Positions 34,181 to 47,080 of a DNA stretch of 64,000 nucleotides are shown here, piece after piece. Position numbers and translations under genes: made by a program. How positions within the stretch are numbered: position 1 is the first letter of the stretch; each line of letters starts with the position of its first letter. The stretch spans positions 30,767 through 94,766 of the forward strand of contig NMRA01000452.1 in the NCBI GenBank assembly GCA_002633005.1, written 5' to 3'. This stretch comes from Phoronis australis (Eukaryota > Animalia > Phoronida). Under the pieces are notes generated by a model. It worked only from the letters and a program-made list of their open reading frames with translations, did no database searches and had not been told where the DNA came from.

Positions 34181-34396
34181 TGTAACTCACTCTGGCATGT
34201 TTGTGTCTGGGTGATAATAGTTTGTTATAATGTTCTGTAACTTTATCAAGTGTAGAACATTCGAGAACTTTCCGGAATCTACTCTATCATTCTACAGATA
34301 TATGCTAATGTTCCACATTGTGATGGTATACTAGAGCCTTCTAGAATGTTCTCAGGTATTCTGTTGTAAACAGATTATATAATCATTGGCCTTACA
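34181..34396. mobile_element. Probable solo LTR
   Basis: TGTAA...TTACA termini; flanks tgactt/tgacta resemble a TSD; right part repeated at 62045-62118. Confidence 0.5.
34254..34278. promoter_or_regulatory. Perfect five-unit heat-shock element
   Basis: aGAAc aTTCg aGAAc tTTCc gGAAt; a three-unit array lies at 34338-34352. Confidence 0.6.
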
Positions 34397-35714
34397 TGAC
34401 TAAATCGAGTCATTCGCCATCTCTTGCTGATGCTTTTGGATCTTGGTTGTTGGTGATTTTCTTTTTGATGTGGAATAGCCTGACCTCCTGCCTATGACTG
34501 TTAGTCACATATTGCAACCTTGAATTCTGTAAATAAATGTTAATAACAGCAATGTTGTCACACTGTCGTTTGCCAGTTGTCTGACCTTCAAATCTCCGGA
34601 AACCATGGGTGCGCATTCCAGAATCGAGATCTATTTGGAAATTCGATAGTCGAGTTAGAAGGGCAGGGACGCGATGATGCTAGAAAAAGATATGAATGAG
34701 ATTGGGCTAAAACGAGACACGGACCCGATAGTGCTAGAAGGAGTCGCGGACGCGATAAGACCTTGTTGTTTGCGGCATGGTTCCAGGCGGTTGCTGTCAA
34801 AACTTAGGCGCTTCTGTAGTGCAGTTGGAAACGAAACCACACGATCTATAAAAAACCTCATTAAATGTCTTAAGTTAGGAACAAAAATCTGTTGCATGTA
34901 CTTTGAATAATCGGGTGTACTAGTAAACAAAAACACAAAATGCCAGCTCACCATTTCAAGGCTGTTTGACTTTCTCTGGCAAGCTGTCTTAAAAATCTTG
35001 GCATTTTGATCAAGTGCAAAGCAGCTTTTTCCATTCGCAAACTAGAACATTTAAAATTCTCCGCCCTCATCTTTTTCATGCATCTTCCTTGAATGTATTA
35101 TAAAATACAAGCATTTTTGTTTTGTGCTCGTGATTGAAATGAACTTTGGAAATTGATGCGCGTTAGTCGAACAACCGCGATGAGAAGACTGACTGAGGTT
35201 TTATGCGTGCAACTTACCAACTGCCACTGCCTTCGTCCTTAGCAAGTTCTTCATTTGGCGCGTTTCATTCGTTGATGGAACAAGTGTAAAAATTTTGATA
35301 TCTTTTCATTTTGCTGTCTGCTCTGGTGATCATTGGAACTCGCACACGCAACTTCACGGAAAATTAAGTGTACTCTCATCATTTTATTTGCACTCTGTTT
35401 CAGCTCTTAAGTATTGTACACTGTGTGCTTGGGTGGAGGTTTTAGTTAAAATAATTTTGAAGATCGTGTTCATGTTCGAGTATATGCAATACACACTTCT
35501 TACATGTGTGTTAATGGTAGCGCGAATAGTCCACAGGAGATAAAATATCGAGTTTTGTGTTAATCCGTTTTCGAAACTTTTGGCCCATTCTACTGCCTGT
35601 CCATTATTCATTAATCCCGCAAATGTTGTGAAGAGAGAACATGCAGGGCGTCATAGAAATGATGGACTCCTGAGGCGCAACTTGGTGATGGTTGTCGATT
35701 AGGCGACAGACGAA
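34318..35714. repeat. Segmental duplication, copy 1 (copy 2 at 62043-63435)
   Basis: Near-identical colinear sequence including the annexin 3' end. Confidence 0.95.
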
Positions 35715-36662
35715 TTTCCTGTAGTCGCCTGTCGTCACCTTGTCAATTTTGTCAACTAGGCGTTCTCCGTACTTAGCTTCGTAGGCTCGCATGATTGGTA
35801 CCAAGTCGATTTCACAGTGCTCTAGAACAGCCCGAACCAGAGCTCTGTCGTCTGTCGCGAACCCTGTAATTGCCTCGTGAAACTTGTCAGCGTAAAGGTC
35901 GTACGGGTCCATGACGAATCGTGCAATGGTTGCGTAAGCACACATGACGTCACCTTGAGTATGGGATTGAATGGCGTCCAAAATGGAGTCTCCCTCATAC
36001 TTCTGGTAAATCGAAAAGACACGACGAAGATGGCTAAAGCTGCGCTTAAGGAAAATAAACATGAGACTGCCTCCTTTGTCGTTCCATTCGTTGTCGCGAA
36101 GTCTTCTTAGTATCTTCACGTCCGATTGCACAGTTTTTTCATCGATTTCAGGTGTTTCTTCTCGTCCACCTCGTATTTGATTCTCGAGCAGTTGTTTGAG
36201 AGTACCGTGACACTTTGCCCCTATGTCGTGTTCCAACGTTGTGCCGTGGTGTTCTTCAAGGTATTTTTCTTTCATCTCATTGATTTCAGCGTTAGTAGCG
36301 CAACAGAGAATGGAGATCAAAGACTTTTTATCCAAGAAATGACCGTGCATAGTCTTCCTCAAGTGCAGAGCCTTTAAGTTGGCGAGAGGTCGAATTCTTT
36401 TCAAAACTGCTGTTCTGAATTTGCTATGCAGCGCAGCAGTCAATACTTCGTCGAGCGATTTAGCGCATAGTACTTTAAATGTAGATTTTATTTCTTGGAT
36501 TTGTTCACTGGAATGTTCCACCAAGACATTAATGATTGCGTCTTCATCGACGTTGTTTTCTTTACACGCGTTGTAAAGTATGTGTGCGGTGCTTTCAGCA
36601 TTGAACTTGTCCGGTGTCACGATCTGGACTGTTCCCTGGTACACCGACGGTTCGGCAGCCAT
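35604..36662 (-). CDS. Annexin family protein, intronless, 352 aa, degenerate Ca2+ sites
   Basis: Four annexin repeats: YQGTV...FNAESTAHIL, TNAEINEMKEKY...LEHDI, GGREE...RSFSHLRRVF..Y, GFATDDRALVR...EIDL..I...Y...YG...TTGDY. Confidence 0.92.
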   Translation of the reverse strand: MAAEPSVYQGTVQIVTPDKFNAESTAHILYNACKENNVDEDAIINVLVEHSSEQIQEIKSTFKVLCAKSLDEVLTAALHSKFRTAVLKRIRPLANLKALHLRKTMHGHFLDKKSLISILCCATNAEINEMKEKYLEEHHGTTLEHDIGAKCHGTLKQLLENQIRGGREETPEIDEKTVQSDVKILRRLRDNEWNDKGGSLMFIFLKRSFSHLRRVFSIYQKYEGDSILDAIQSHTQGDVMCAYATIARFVMDPYDLYADKFHEAITGFATDDRALVRAVLEHCEIDLVPIMRAYEAKYGERLVDKIDKVTTGDYRKFVCRLIDNHHQVAPQESIISMTPCMFSLHNICGINE

Positions 36663-37867
36663 GATGGTTTCATAGGCTTACTGGGTACGAAGGCTTCTTG
36701 ACGAATGTAGTGTTCGGTCAAATTTGTGTATCGTGGAAATTTTAATCCTCGGTCTTTGTCATTCGTCGTCGTACGATTGTGACTCAACTTTGATGACATT
36801 GATCGATTAAAGGGATGTTTTCCAGTACATTCATAACATAAACGCAAAGTTTGGCCAACACGCTATGATAGAAAATTGTGAAAACGTCCCCTGAGGTCAT
36901 CGCCGAATAAAAATGTCATCAACTTTGAAAGCGTTGGCTAAGCATTTTAAGATCGCACTGCAAATGCTCAATTTATTTTGGTGGCAGAAACCTGTTGCTG
37001 ACGTAGGTCAAGGAAATGTTTGGGACCAGTAACATTTTATCCGCATATTTCAAAATGCAATCGTTAAATGCCACAATTCTCCATTTTTGTTTAATGTGTG
37101 GAACATCAAATTCACATGACCATTGGTATGAACAGTGTCTAGTCTATTACTCGGCTTGTAGTCCACACCTCGCCCCCACGTTACTGCTAATTCCAATTTT
37201 ATTTTCGGTAGTAGTTGTAAAAATGTTCTACATTTTTTTAGCGAATGTTCATATTACAGCGTTGGTGCTGACAGCGAAATCAAATTTCGTGGCAAGTAAA
37301 ACGTCAGGATTCAGTTTTGATCCGTTCAACGCCAGATGTTTAATTTTTGAACTCTAGATTATATTTGACATTTTTCTCTGTACTTTCAAATGGACTCAAA
37401 ACGTGTTTATTACTCTGTACCGCCGGTTTGCCTAGATGACTGCATAACTCCAGCTTGTACTTGATGTTTCCAGTATCTCAACTCTTTATTTCGAGTCTTT
37501 ACACTAAATCACATGTTTGTGTGTGTGCATTAAGCCGTCATTGCTGCCCGGCGTCCGTTGCAGTACCTCTAAAACCCCCGAGTGCATGAGTATTCTTCAA
37601 ATTTTGTAGATACGTTCCTATCATGAATGAATTTCCTGAGGGATCCGTTTACTGATGGGCCTCCAAGTAAATTTCACTTTTGCTTGCGTATCTTTGTTGT
37701 TCGAATTTTCTTGAAATTTTGCAAACAGGTATCTTTTATGGAGACGACGCACGCCGCCTTCTCGTTTTCGGATGGATTCGATTATGTATTCTGCGTCACC
37801 TGGTGGCCGGCTGTACTGTTTCGGTGTTCGCCTCTCTAAGTGGAAAACTGCACTAAATTATAATTTT

Positions 37868-37880
37868 ACACACACACATA

Positions 37881-37930
<50 letters not shown>
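37868..37930. repeat. (CA)n microsatellite
   Basis: Seen directly. Confidence 0.97.
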
Positions 37931-37931
<1 letters not shown>

Positions 37932-40417
37932 TAATTTGATCTTTGGTTCCGTTCAATATAATTACATTCTTCAATAAAAATTCATAATACAGTGACATTT
38001 ACGAAAAATGCGATGTACTCAAAGTATCTATCCGAAATTTGCAGATAAGGGTTTTCCGATCTATCACTTAGCTTAGAAATGTACTGTGGATAGCTCATCA
38101 CAATGGTTGCAGTGTAGGACTTCCCATAAAAGTTTAGAAATGAACTCTTTTCCTCAGAAAGTAAAAGTTAGTGGTCCTGATACATAAAGTATTATTTCGT
38201 CCACATTATAACGTTGTTTTGATTCTCGTGTCAGTGACCACTTTTGGTCTCCNCACACAATAATTTGATCTTTGGTTCCGTTTAATATACAGTGACATTT
38301 ACGAAAAATGCGATGTACTCAAAGTATCTATCCGAAATTTGCAGATAAGGGTTTTCCGATCTATCACTTAGCTTAGAAATGTACTGTGGATAGCTCGTCA
38401 CAATGGTTGCAGTGTAGGACTTCCCATAAAAGTTTAGAAATGAACTCTTTTCCTCAGAAAGTAAAAGTTAGTGGTCCTGATACATAAAGTATTATTTCGT
38501 GCACATTATCACGTTGTTTTGATTCTCGTGTCAGTGACCACTTTTGGTCTCCCACTTGTTGAAATATTTGCATCATAGTTGTATAGCTTTGTGTTTAAAC
38601 TAAGAAGTTATCTCCCATGTGAAGTTGTCTCCCATGGTTGTGCTATTTATACGTTTTACCCACAATGCTTTTCACTAGGCGTTCCTGCGTCCGCCAGCCA
38701 TCTTTGTTATAATGTTTTTGTTCTTATTTTGAACAATAAACTTTCGTCAAAGAAAGTGGTTTTCTCGCTCGAAAGTTCAACACCACTATCGTCATTTCTT
38801 TGTCTCGTCGAAACACTCTGCCATCGTCCATAAGTATTTTTCATTCAGTTTCTCTATAACCCTCCCTCCCTCAATCCACTTTATTATTAATTATTATTAA
38901 TTATTCTCAATTTTCTCATCTCCATGTCATGGTGTTGTTTTGGCATATTGATATACACCCTGGTAGTTCAACATATTATAGAACTTCGTATCTATCAAAA
39001 ACCCAACATATTTCTTGCCTTTTGTAATTCTTAATACCTGTAGTAGTTCACTGCAGATTGTCAACTACCTTTACAGCTCAACATGTTGTATAACCTTTGA
39101 ATTTATCTATGTCGGTAGTAGTTTAGTTTGTCACATATGTCGTTCTATGTCATCCTAATGTGTTGTTTCACTGTAAACCAGCTTCGGTATCACTTCGCAG
39201 TTAGCGCATATAAAATGTATTTACCGTAAACACGAGACTTTGGAACACTTTTTTACGATTAAAGAAAGTGTACTCTGGAAAATAACAATATTCATAAAAT
39301 AGACGATGTTATTTTGAGCAGCTGTTGCATTGCTGTGACGGTGAGCATTAAAGAACAAAAAGCGGCCCAACGGGATTGAGAAGCGAAACCTCGGGATAAA
39401 AAGTGGAACATCTGGGTTAAGCCAAAATGTGAGAGTGAAATGATTAATGCAACACACAGACGGCGCTTTTCGTAGAATGGGAGATGTAACACCTAAAATG
39501 CCCGACAGCGTTTTTTGTTGTATTTTCATAACTGAATTGTAAATTGCAGGTGTCATAAAACACGCGAAATGCCCCGTTTTTGTTTCGAGCGGGAAAATAT
39601 GATTATTTTGCATGGGAAATTAAGATAGTGCACAATAATATCTCAATTTGACCGTGAGATAAGAAGTGGGATATTAGGTGGCGGGACGGCGGAAAAAAAC
39701 ACAAAAGTTGGACAGTCCGTCTAGATCGGGGCAATTGGCAAATACACTGTACGCTGTCAGCAACATGAAGTACTAGATTGGGTTCATTTTTTAAATTTAT
39801 TTCACGGGTATAGGTAAATACTACTTCTCGGGAATCGAATTAACAAAGAAGCGGCATCTGGGCGACAGGTATTAATTATGAATTATTATAGAAAAAATTA
39901 AAAACTGTAATACTAATAATACGCACACTTAGCGAAGCACTTGAGAGTAACTTCTCGAAAATTACGTAAACATATCTTTTTTTTAAGGCGAAAACTTTTC
40001 AATTGGGCTAAACGTCTTTCCGTAAAATACTGTAACATGATTTTAACACCCAAAAATGTCTTGTTTGAAAAACTCCTTGAATGTAGTAGAAAGTGGTTCT
40101 ACGACTGCAGCTGAAAGATATCAGAGGCCAAACTACTCAGTCCCGGCATCCACCAAGGGCCACAGGTCGGCGACTATGAAGAATAACCAGACTAGTGTAA
40201 CTGTCGGAATTGTTGACTAATATTTCGAGAACTTGCTAATTGTATGGAACCGTAGTTCAATAGTCTCGCTTGATGAGCAATTATAACAAACTGAAAATGA
40301 AGCAATAAAATCAGGCTTAATATGGTAACTATAACTCCCGAACAAAACTCAGTCGAGCAGGTAGCCGGAAATTCTCTGTGCAAACTCTCGCGGCTAGTCT
40401 CGGGATCGCAAGCTCAG

Positions 40418-40601
40418 ATACGTCGTAAAATGTAACAATTTCGTAAAATGTAACAGTTGTTACATTTTACGTCATTGTTTAATTTTACGTTGCAAAGCCT
40501 CTCCTAAAATGTAACAAGTTGTAACATTTTACGTAATTGCTACATTTTACGTCAAATGGTATTGCAAAAAATGTACCATTGTTACATTTTACGACACCTA
40601 C
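40418..40601. mobile_element. Small foldback/MITE-like element built from cgtaaaatgtaac units
   Basis: gtcgtaaaatgtaacaat ... attgttacattttacgac termini; the motif recurs in both orientations. Confidence 0.6.
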
Positions 40602-41619
40602 GTCATATCACAAAGTAAATGACCGAAATTACGAAGTGGTATATGACACGGTCAGGGGTACTCGAGTCTTTTTGGACCAGGGGTGGCGCCCGAAAATTTG
40701 GATACCTACTTATTAAGAGAGCGGACTCGGACAAAAAGTGACCTATTTAAAAAGTAATTTTGTAAAAGTTCACATTTTCGCACAGTAGTGTTCAGAAATT
40801 CAGAAAAAGGCACCCTTTTTAGATAGAATTATTATTATCGTTGTTGGTATTGTTGTTGTTGTTGTTGTTAGTGTTAGTGTTATTATTGAATTTATTTAAC
40901 GAGGACACAGTGCAATATACACAATACATGCTTAGTAAAGTGCTAATACGTCATGGTCCTCAAAGATTTTTAAATCATCTCATTCATGATTCAATGCTTT
41001 CGCCGGCCTTCCTATAATGCACAGTTGGTGCTTTTCAAGAAGAATTTTAAAGAGGTTCCTACATTCAACCTTAACGTTATTGGGAGAAACGTCTTGACAG
41101 TTGTGGATGAAGAGTAAGCCTACTTTTTTGGAAACGAGGATGTCGAGATTTGACATCTTGTTTAGACGTACCTCAACTTCAAAAACTGATTTTTTTCTGA
41201 ACTATCGGCAAACACGGTATTTTGTGATATAACTAATGGGACGAAAACGCGTCATTTTTCTATCAAACTGGCCTCCGAAATTGAATTCTCCATTAAAATT
41301 TTTGCTGCAGTCGTTTTTACCCGCAGAAATTCTTTCATATTTTACGGCGTATCAGAAGCTCTAATACTGGGTCACGTGTGCAGCTGGCATTTGGCTAGAG
41401 CTGTATGTTTCAGTCAAAGTAGGTTCGAGTGGTGAGGCCAGATCCAAACATAATTGTACCTGAAGCAAGAGATGATCGTGAATGATTATACCTGAAGCAA
41501 AATAATAAATAATTGCCATTTTGTATACCTGGCAGGTTTAAAAGATATTTTTAATTCTAAAAACCAAAATACGGAAAAGAACAGAGTGTTACAATTAAAC
41601 CCTTCGTGTACTAATCGAG

Positions 41620-44600
41620 TTTAATGTCAATTGAGGGTGTAATGGTAACATAAAAAGGAAGTTAATCCTACATTTATATAAATGATTAATTAAATCGTCA
41701 GGGACATAGTTTCACTGACCAAAAGTCTACTACCGGATAGAGACAAATATTTAAAAAATGGATCTATCACAGTTGCTGTGATGAATATAGTCAGGTACTA
41801 TCCAAAAATTATAATCTTTACGCGTTAATTGAACCGTTGGTGCCCTTTGGTATATTTACATTCTTCAGTAAAAATCCAGGATGCACTGACATTTTCAAGA
41901 AATGTGATGAATTAATTACTCCAACTAACTCTCCGAAATTTGCAAATGAGGGTTTTCTGATGGATAAAAATGAGAAAACATCTGTTGTGTAGGTTTGAAA
42001 GATACTGTGCAGGGTAGAAAATGAAAAATCAGTGATATTGATATATGTAATGTCTGATACCATGAACAAGATCCACTGAAACTAATTTTTACGATAGTTG
42101 TGTTCATAAAGAAAATGAACTCTAGAAAATAGCAATATGCCTGTTCATAACAAAATGATGATGTTATTTTGAAAACCTTTTGAAAAGTTGCCAACCTTTG
42201 AGAATGAAAACTCGGCACAACTGGATTTTAAAGCGGGACATCCGGATTAAAGCCGAACACCTGGATACATGCAAAGTAATACGCAAGATTGAAATACTCA
42301 CTGCTACATACACCAAAACGTCCCGACAGCCCTAGCGCCTGTCGAACGGGAGACGTAGCACGTAAAGCGCCTTCTAGTAAATAATATGTCAATTTTGCCG
42401 TGTGTCAAAAAGCGAGTCGTTTTGACGGTGTGGCGGGATGGCGGTAAAAATGGGACAATCCGCCAATTGGTGTCGGTATCACAAAATAATGGATTGGACT
42501 TTTTACAAGGTAAACGTTTAATTTTAAAAATTACTTCACGGAAAGATAAATACTACAGGTAACACTACTGCCCAGAAATAAAAATAAAGTATTTGGGCTA
42601 CAGGTAAACATTGCACAAATTAATTATTATACAAACATTAGTAAACAGTAATCATATGTGTGCGTGTGTCTGTGTATGAATATAAATGCATGTACGCAAA
42701 TATATACAAGTGTAGTTTTTCGAAAGTTACGTAAACACATCTGTTAGTAGGGCCTAAAATTTTCACTTTTTAAATTTTATTTCACTGGTTAAGGTAAATA
42801 CTACAAGTAAAATTACTACCCAGAAATCTAATGTACAAACAGGTATCTGAGAAAACTTGTAAACATTGCACACATGAATTGTTTTAGAAACAACAGAAAA
42901 CGGTAACAGATACATGCATGTGTACGCACAGCTATGCAAATAAATACATGAACAGATTTTCGAAAGTTACGCAAACACACCTGTTCGGAGGGCCTGGACT
43001 CAAATTTGCAGAGCATCCATTCTCAAACCAAATATCACTTCTTTTCATAAAGTATTGCAACACGGATATTCATGCGACCAATAACAATGCGTGCGCATTC
43101 AAACTACATTGTCATTATTACGTGTATCTTATCCAGTATACAAGGAATGTAGCCACGTCAATGAATGCTAATGCTGATCTTGTACTTAACTCTGTAATAG
43201 TGCTTTCACCCAAAACTGGTTCTCTCAGCTACTACCCTACTATAAGTGCTTCCTGTGTAAGGTAAAGCAATATTCAACATAACAAATTCTTACTAACTGC
43301 ACCTGCACGTGGTTCGAGGAAGGTCGTCTCTTTTCGTTTCTTTAACTCACGCAAGCCATAGTACTGCTTGAGGATTTGAAACCTGGGATGCGTTTCGTAC
43401 TACAAAAATCTCGCGATTAAGTATGCTGTGGTCACGAGCTTTGGTTATACTGCATGGCGATATCTCTAGAAGTATTGCGTGATCTTGCGTCGTCGCCAGG
43501 TTTTCGCGTCTACGGAACACTGACCGAGCTTACTATGATTTCAACTGAATATCATGAGGACACCACACTAGTACAAATAATTCCAGGCACTCACGTTTCA
43601 CCACGTGCATATTTGAAACTTTCTGAAACTCGATCAGTCCCTTTCTTGAGTCTAGTAAAATTGATATTTAACGAGATGATGTCCACAGATACATCTGGAA
43701 CCTGGGCGTCTTTTGAAGAGAAAATTCGCTGCAGCTAAGTTTCCACTTTCAAAGAGTTCTATATAGACTCCAAGTGACATGAGTTCTTTGAGAAGTTCTG
43801 TGACTTGGCGCATGTGAAAATGGCAGCGGATTTACTAAGTGTTCTGCCAAAAGCAAAGGAGTTTTTTGAAAGCCTTCCGGAAGTTTGTGCTGGAAAGTGC
43901 GTAAATGAGCGGATTAAGAGCACAGTTAATATGAATAGCCATGACAAAGATGTCTCTGATAACTTGCAACGGCCAAGGGGAAGTCGGCGTGATTGGACCG
44001 GTTGCGATTCTTAAGATTGAAATCGGAAGGTAGCAGATTGTATAGATGAGCAGAACACGTGACATGGTGCGAAGAGTGACATATTGTCGCTGAGCGTCTT
44101 CACTGATTTGAGCGCCTTGAGCGACAATTCTCCGCCGTTGTCTCCACGCTGCAATAGCTGTGTAAATGTGCGTTGGGTATGTTACAGCCATAGGTATGTA
44201 AATACCAAACGCAAATGTAAGTTTTGACAGGCCAGGTCCAATGAGCGTCTCGAGATTACACTCCTGTCCGCTAGGAATAACGTAACCTAGGTGATATGTT
44301 GAAATAAACATGAACGGGACAAGCACCAAGACCGGATAAAAGAGTGCCCAGATCACCAGCATAGTACACACGCGCTTGGTCATCAGTTGTTCATATCTCA
44401 GGGGATATGATATTGCAACGAAACGGTTAAATGCCAGCACAGCCAACATAGACAGAGTTACACCAAGAGCCCATTTCTGGAAGATCTCCTCGGCGTAGCA
44501 TTCTATCTCAGAGTTGCCAAACAGAGTTGTTCCATTCATGGATGATGCGTATCTCTTGAAGACGTAGATTGGGCTGTGAAAAGCCGCTCCGAGATCAGTT

Positions 44601-45080
44601 ATAGCTAGACCGAGTATAATAATATTACTCTCTTCGTCCTTGATAGCATAGAACTTGAAATACGAAATAACAACGAGAATGTTTCCGAAGATAACACAGA
44701 CAAAAATAACAATTTCGATGATTATGTATAAAACTAAGACCAACGGCGGAGCGGCGGAGTTTGAAATTGACGTATTTGCCCCCAATGTGTCAAAATTGCC
44801 AAACGATTCGTTTTCAACAGACGACATCGCTCCGAAATCTGTTTCAACTCGAGTTATGCGCACTCTGACAATCACCTGGACTATGAGATAATCAATGTCG
44901 CATCGAAGAAAAAGGAAGGAGTGTATCCTGTGATTGGTTGACGCTTAATCCAGACGTCACTCTGGCGTTTCACATGCCATAGATTATATGTGACAACGCT
45001 CCACGTGCCATTGTTGGCTAAGGGACTTATTACTTTCCGGTGCAATTTTGCATGCAAAAAATCTGAAATAAGGTAAAAAA
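41620..45080. repeat. GPCR duplication unit, copy 1 (copy 2 at about 52040-56760)
   Basis: Colinear similarity in both flanks and the CDS; copy 2 carries about 1.9 kb extra at 52903-54770. Confidence 0.8.
43835..44827 (-). CDS. Rhodopsin-like (class A) GPCR, intronless CDS, 330 aa
   Basis: Seven hydrophobic segments; GN (TM1), LAITD (TM2), NRF..I.YPLRY (TM3/IL2), CYLP (TM6), NCALNPLIY (TM7), FRKAF helix 8. First ATG at 44827. Confidence 0.93.
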   Translation of the reverse strand: MSSVENESFGNFDTLGANTSISNSAAPPLVLVLYIIIEIVIFVCVIFGNILVVISYFKFYAIKDEESNIIILGLAITDLGAAFHSPIYVFKRYASSMNGTTLFGNSEIECYAEEIFQKWALGVTLSMLAVLAFNRFVAISYPLRYEQLMTKRVCTMLVIWALFYPVLVLVPFMFISTYHLGYVIPSGQECNLETLIGPGLSKLTFAFGIYIPMAVTYPTHIYTAIAAWRQRRRIVAQGAQISEDAQRQYVTLRTMSRVLLIYTICYLPISILRIATGPITPTSPWPLQVIRDIFVMAIHINCALNPLIYALSSTNFRKAFKKLLCFWQNT

Positions 45081-46417
45081 TGTATACCGTACGTGTCCCT
45101 GCCGTAAATGTTCTGGGCATAGCCTAGAGGGCCACATTAAAGGTTAGACCAACAACGTGATTCTAATCATAACTCATTTCACTTGTACTGTCAGGTAGCC
45201 TTGGTTTAAAACTGTATAACTATACGATGCTGGGATTAACGGGGTCACAACCTGCCATTGTAACGACCTATGAGTATTGTGCGACTGGTAGTGTCTGATT
45301 ACTTTATGGCGGTTACTATTTTCTTGACAATAGTGCCCTAAATTAATCTATGGGTTCAAGTATCGTATGGTGGCCAGTGAAATCTAAAATAACACTAGGA
45401 AGCCGTGATTTTTCGGATTTTTGGGAAAATGTGTTTTTGTCCCTGTATTTTTGGTGGAAATGGTCAATAATCCAATTAACAAAAAGTGCTGGCCCGAGTT
45501 ACATAGATCCGATTTTTTTTTCGTCTGCTTGGGTTGATGCAAGACCATCCCAACTGGGTATTATCATATGAATTGAATTTTCTTCAGCAAAAATCTTTTC
45601 TACCGCTTGAACCAAATATCTTTGCAAGAACAGGGAATATTTCGGTTGGACAACTTCATATAAATTTTCAATACAAATGCATCAAGAATATCATATGCCA
45701 CATTTTCTTACGAATTCATACGTGAATTGCCGCTAGCCCATAATATGGACTCTGCCACCTTCAAGCAGAGTTCAAACAAACGAAAATAAAATAGCACGTC
45801 AGCAGTTAAAATTCCATCTCCATAAAAATAACGCAGGCCTATTTACAATGTCCATTTCTTTTCTAACTCCAACAAGGGTCGCTCGTTCCGGCACTCTTGC
45901 AAGAGTGAAGTTTCTCTGTTTCATGACGCTGCGCTCCAGCTAGAAAAGCTGATAATTGCCCTTTCTCCATCAGTGTTCACAATTACAGCCTCGCTCATGG
46001 TCTCATCTCGTCTATTGCAAATACTCGCTCATTTAATTTACACTCACTCACTATATTGATATATGCACACGTAAGTTTCTTCATCGGAGTCGAGTTGTGT
46101 GTCACTAATTTCCGGTTCACGTGTTCTTCTTCTGGAAAATTGTTTTACTTTCTAAGTATTAATACATTTTTGACTACTTTCAGTGGTGTATTGGGGGGAC
46201 AATGGGGTCACGCCTCCCCCCAGACCCTAAAATTCTCCCAGATTCTATTTGACAGTTCGGGGGTTGCGAATGTCTGTCTAATACTCTGCTTTGCGCCCCC
46301 CCCCAAAAAAAATCTTTTATTAATTTTGATGATTAACAATGTCGTATTAATTATTGTTTCATACCAATATGATCAAAAACCGGACGATTGCCGCACAAAT
46401 AAAAAAGTTCATGTTCA

Positions 46418-46456
46418 ATTCAACGTTTCGTCTTTTCATTAGACATCATCAGGATA
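46418..46456 (-). ncRNA. Minimal hammerhead ribozyme motif in the inverted pLTR
   Basis: Reverse-complement copy of the same core. Confidence 0.7.
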
Positions 46457-47039
46457 GTATTTACAACAATTTAGGACACAAAGTGCCAACATACAGCTCA
46501 GGTAACATCCATAGAGTGAAGTGAGAGATACATAGAATATGGTCAGTAGCTTATTCATTGCATAGACCCAGCAGTTGAACTTATAGTTGTTTTCAAACCC
46601 CTCGGAAACTTTCCAATATGCTGTGTAAACTGAAGTCACTCATCCCTTTATTGAACAAGAGCAATGTTGTGTATAAGGTTGAATGTGACAACTGTAAGGA
46701 ATTCTAAATCGGACTCACACAGAGACGCATCTGTGACAGGTTGAAAGAACATCACACCTCAGAGAAAAGTAACATATATAGGCATTTTATTAGCTACAAT
46801 CACCAAGCCAACTCTGTTAGTATTATCTGCAGAGAACTCAATAAGGAGTTACTGTACATTAAAGCGGAGTCACTGGCCACTCAGAACCAGCATGCCACTG
46901 ATTCTCTGAATAACATGCAGAGCTCTGTCACCCTGCAGCTATGGTGATGACCAGAGCTACTGACCATATTCTATGTATCTCTCACTTCACTCTATGGATG
47001 TATGCTGTATATTGGCACTTGTTGTCCTAAGTTGTTGTA

Positions 47040-47080
47040 AATATCCTGATGATGTCTAATGAAAAGACGAAACGTTGAAT
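47040..47080 (+). ncRNA. Minimal hammerhead ribozyme motif in the pLTR
   Basis: CTGATGA-t-gtct-aatgaaa-agac-GAAACGTT. Confidence 0.7.

Noticed and set aside
34410-35611. Short ORFs shared by both duplicate copies
   Set aside because: No recognisable domain; stops and indels differ between copies; conservation is explained by recent duplication
37925-38553. Near-perfect tandem duplication of about 300 bp
   Set aside because: The junction contains an N (38254) and the unit starts at a CA repeat; most likely a contig-overlap artefact
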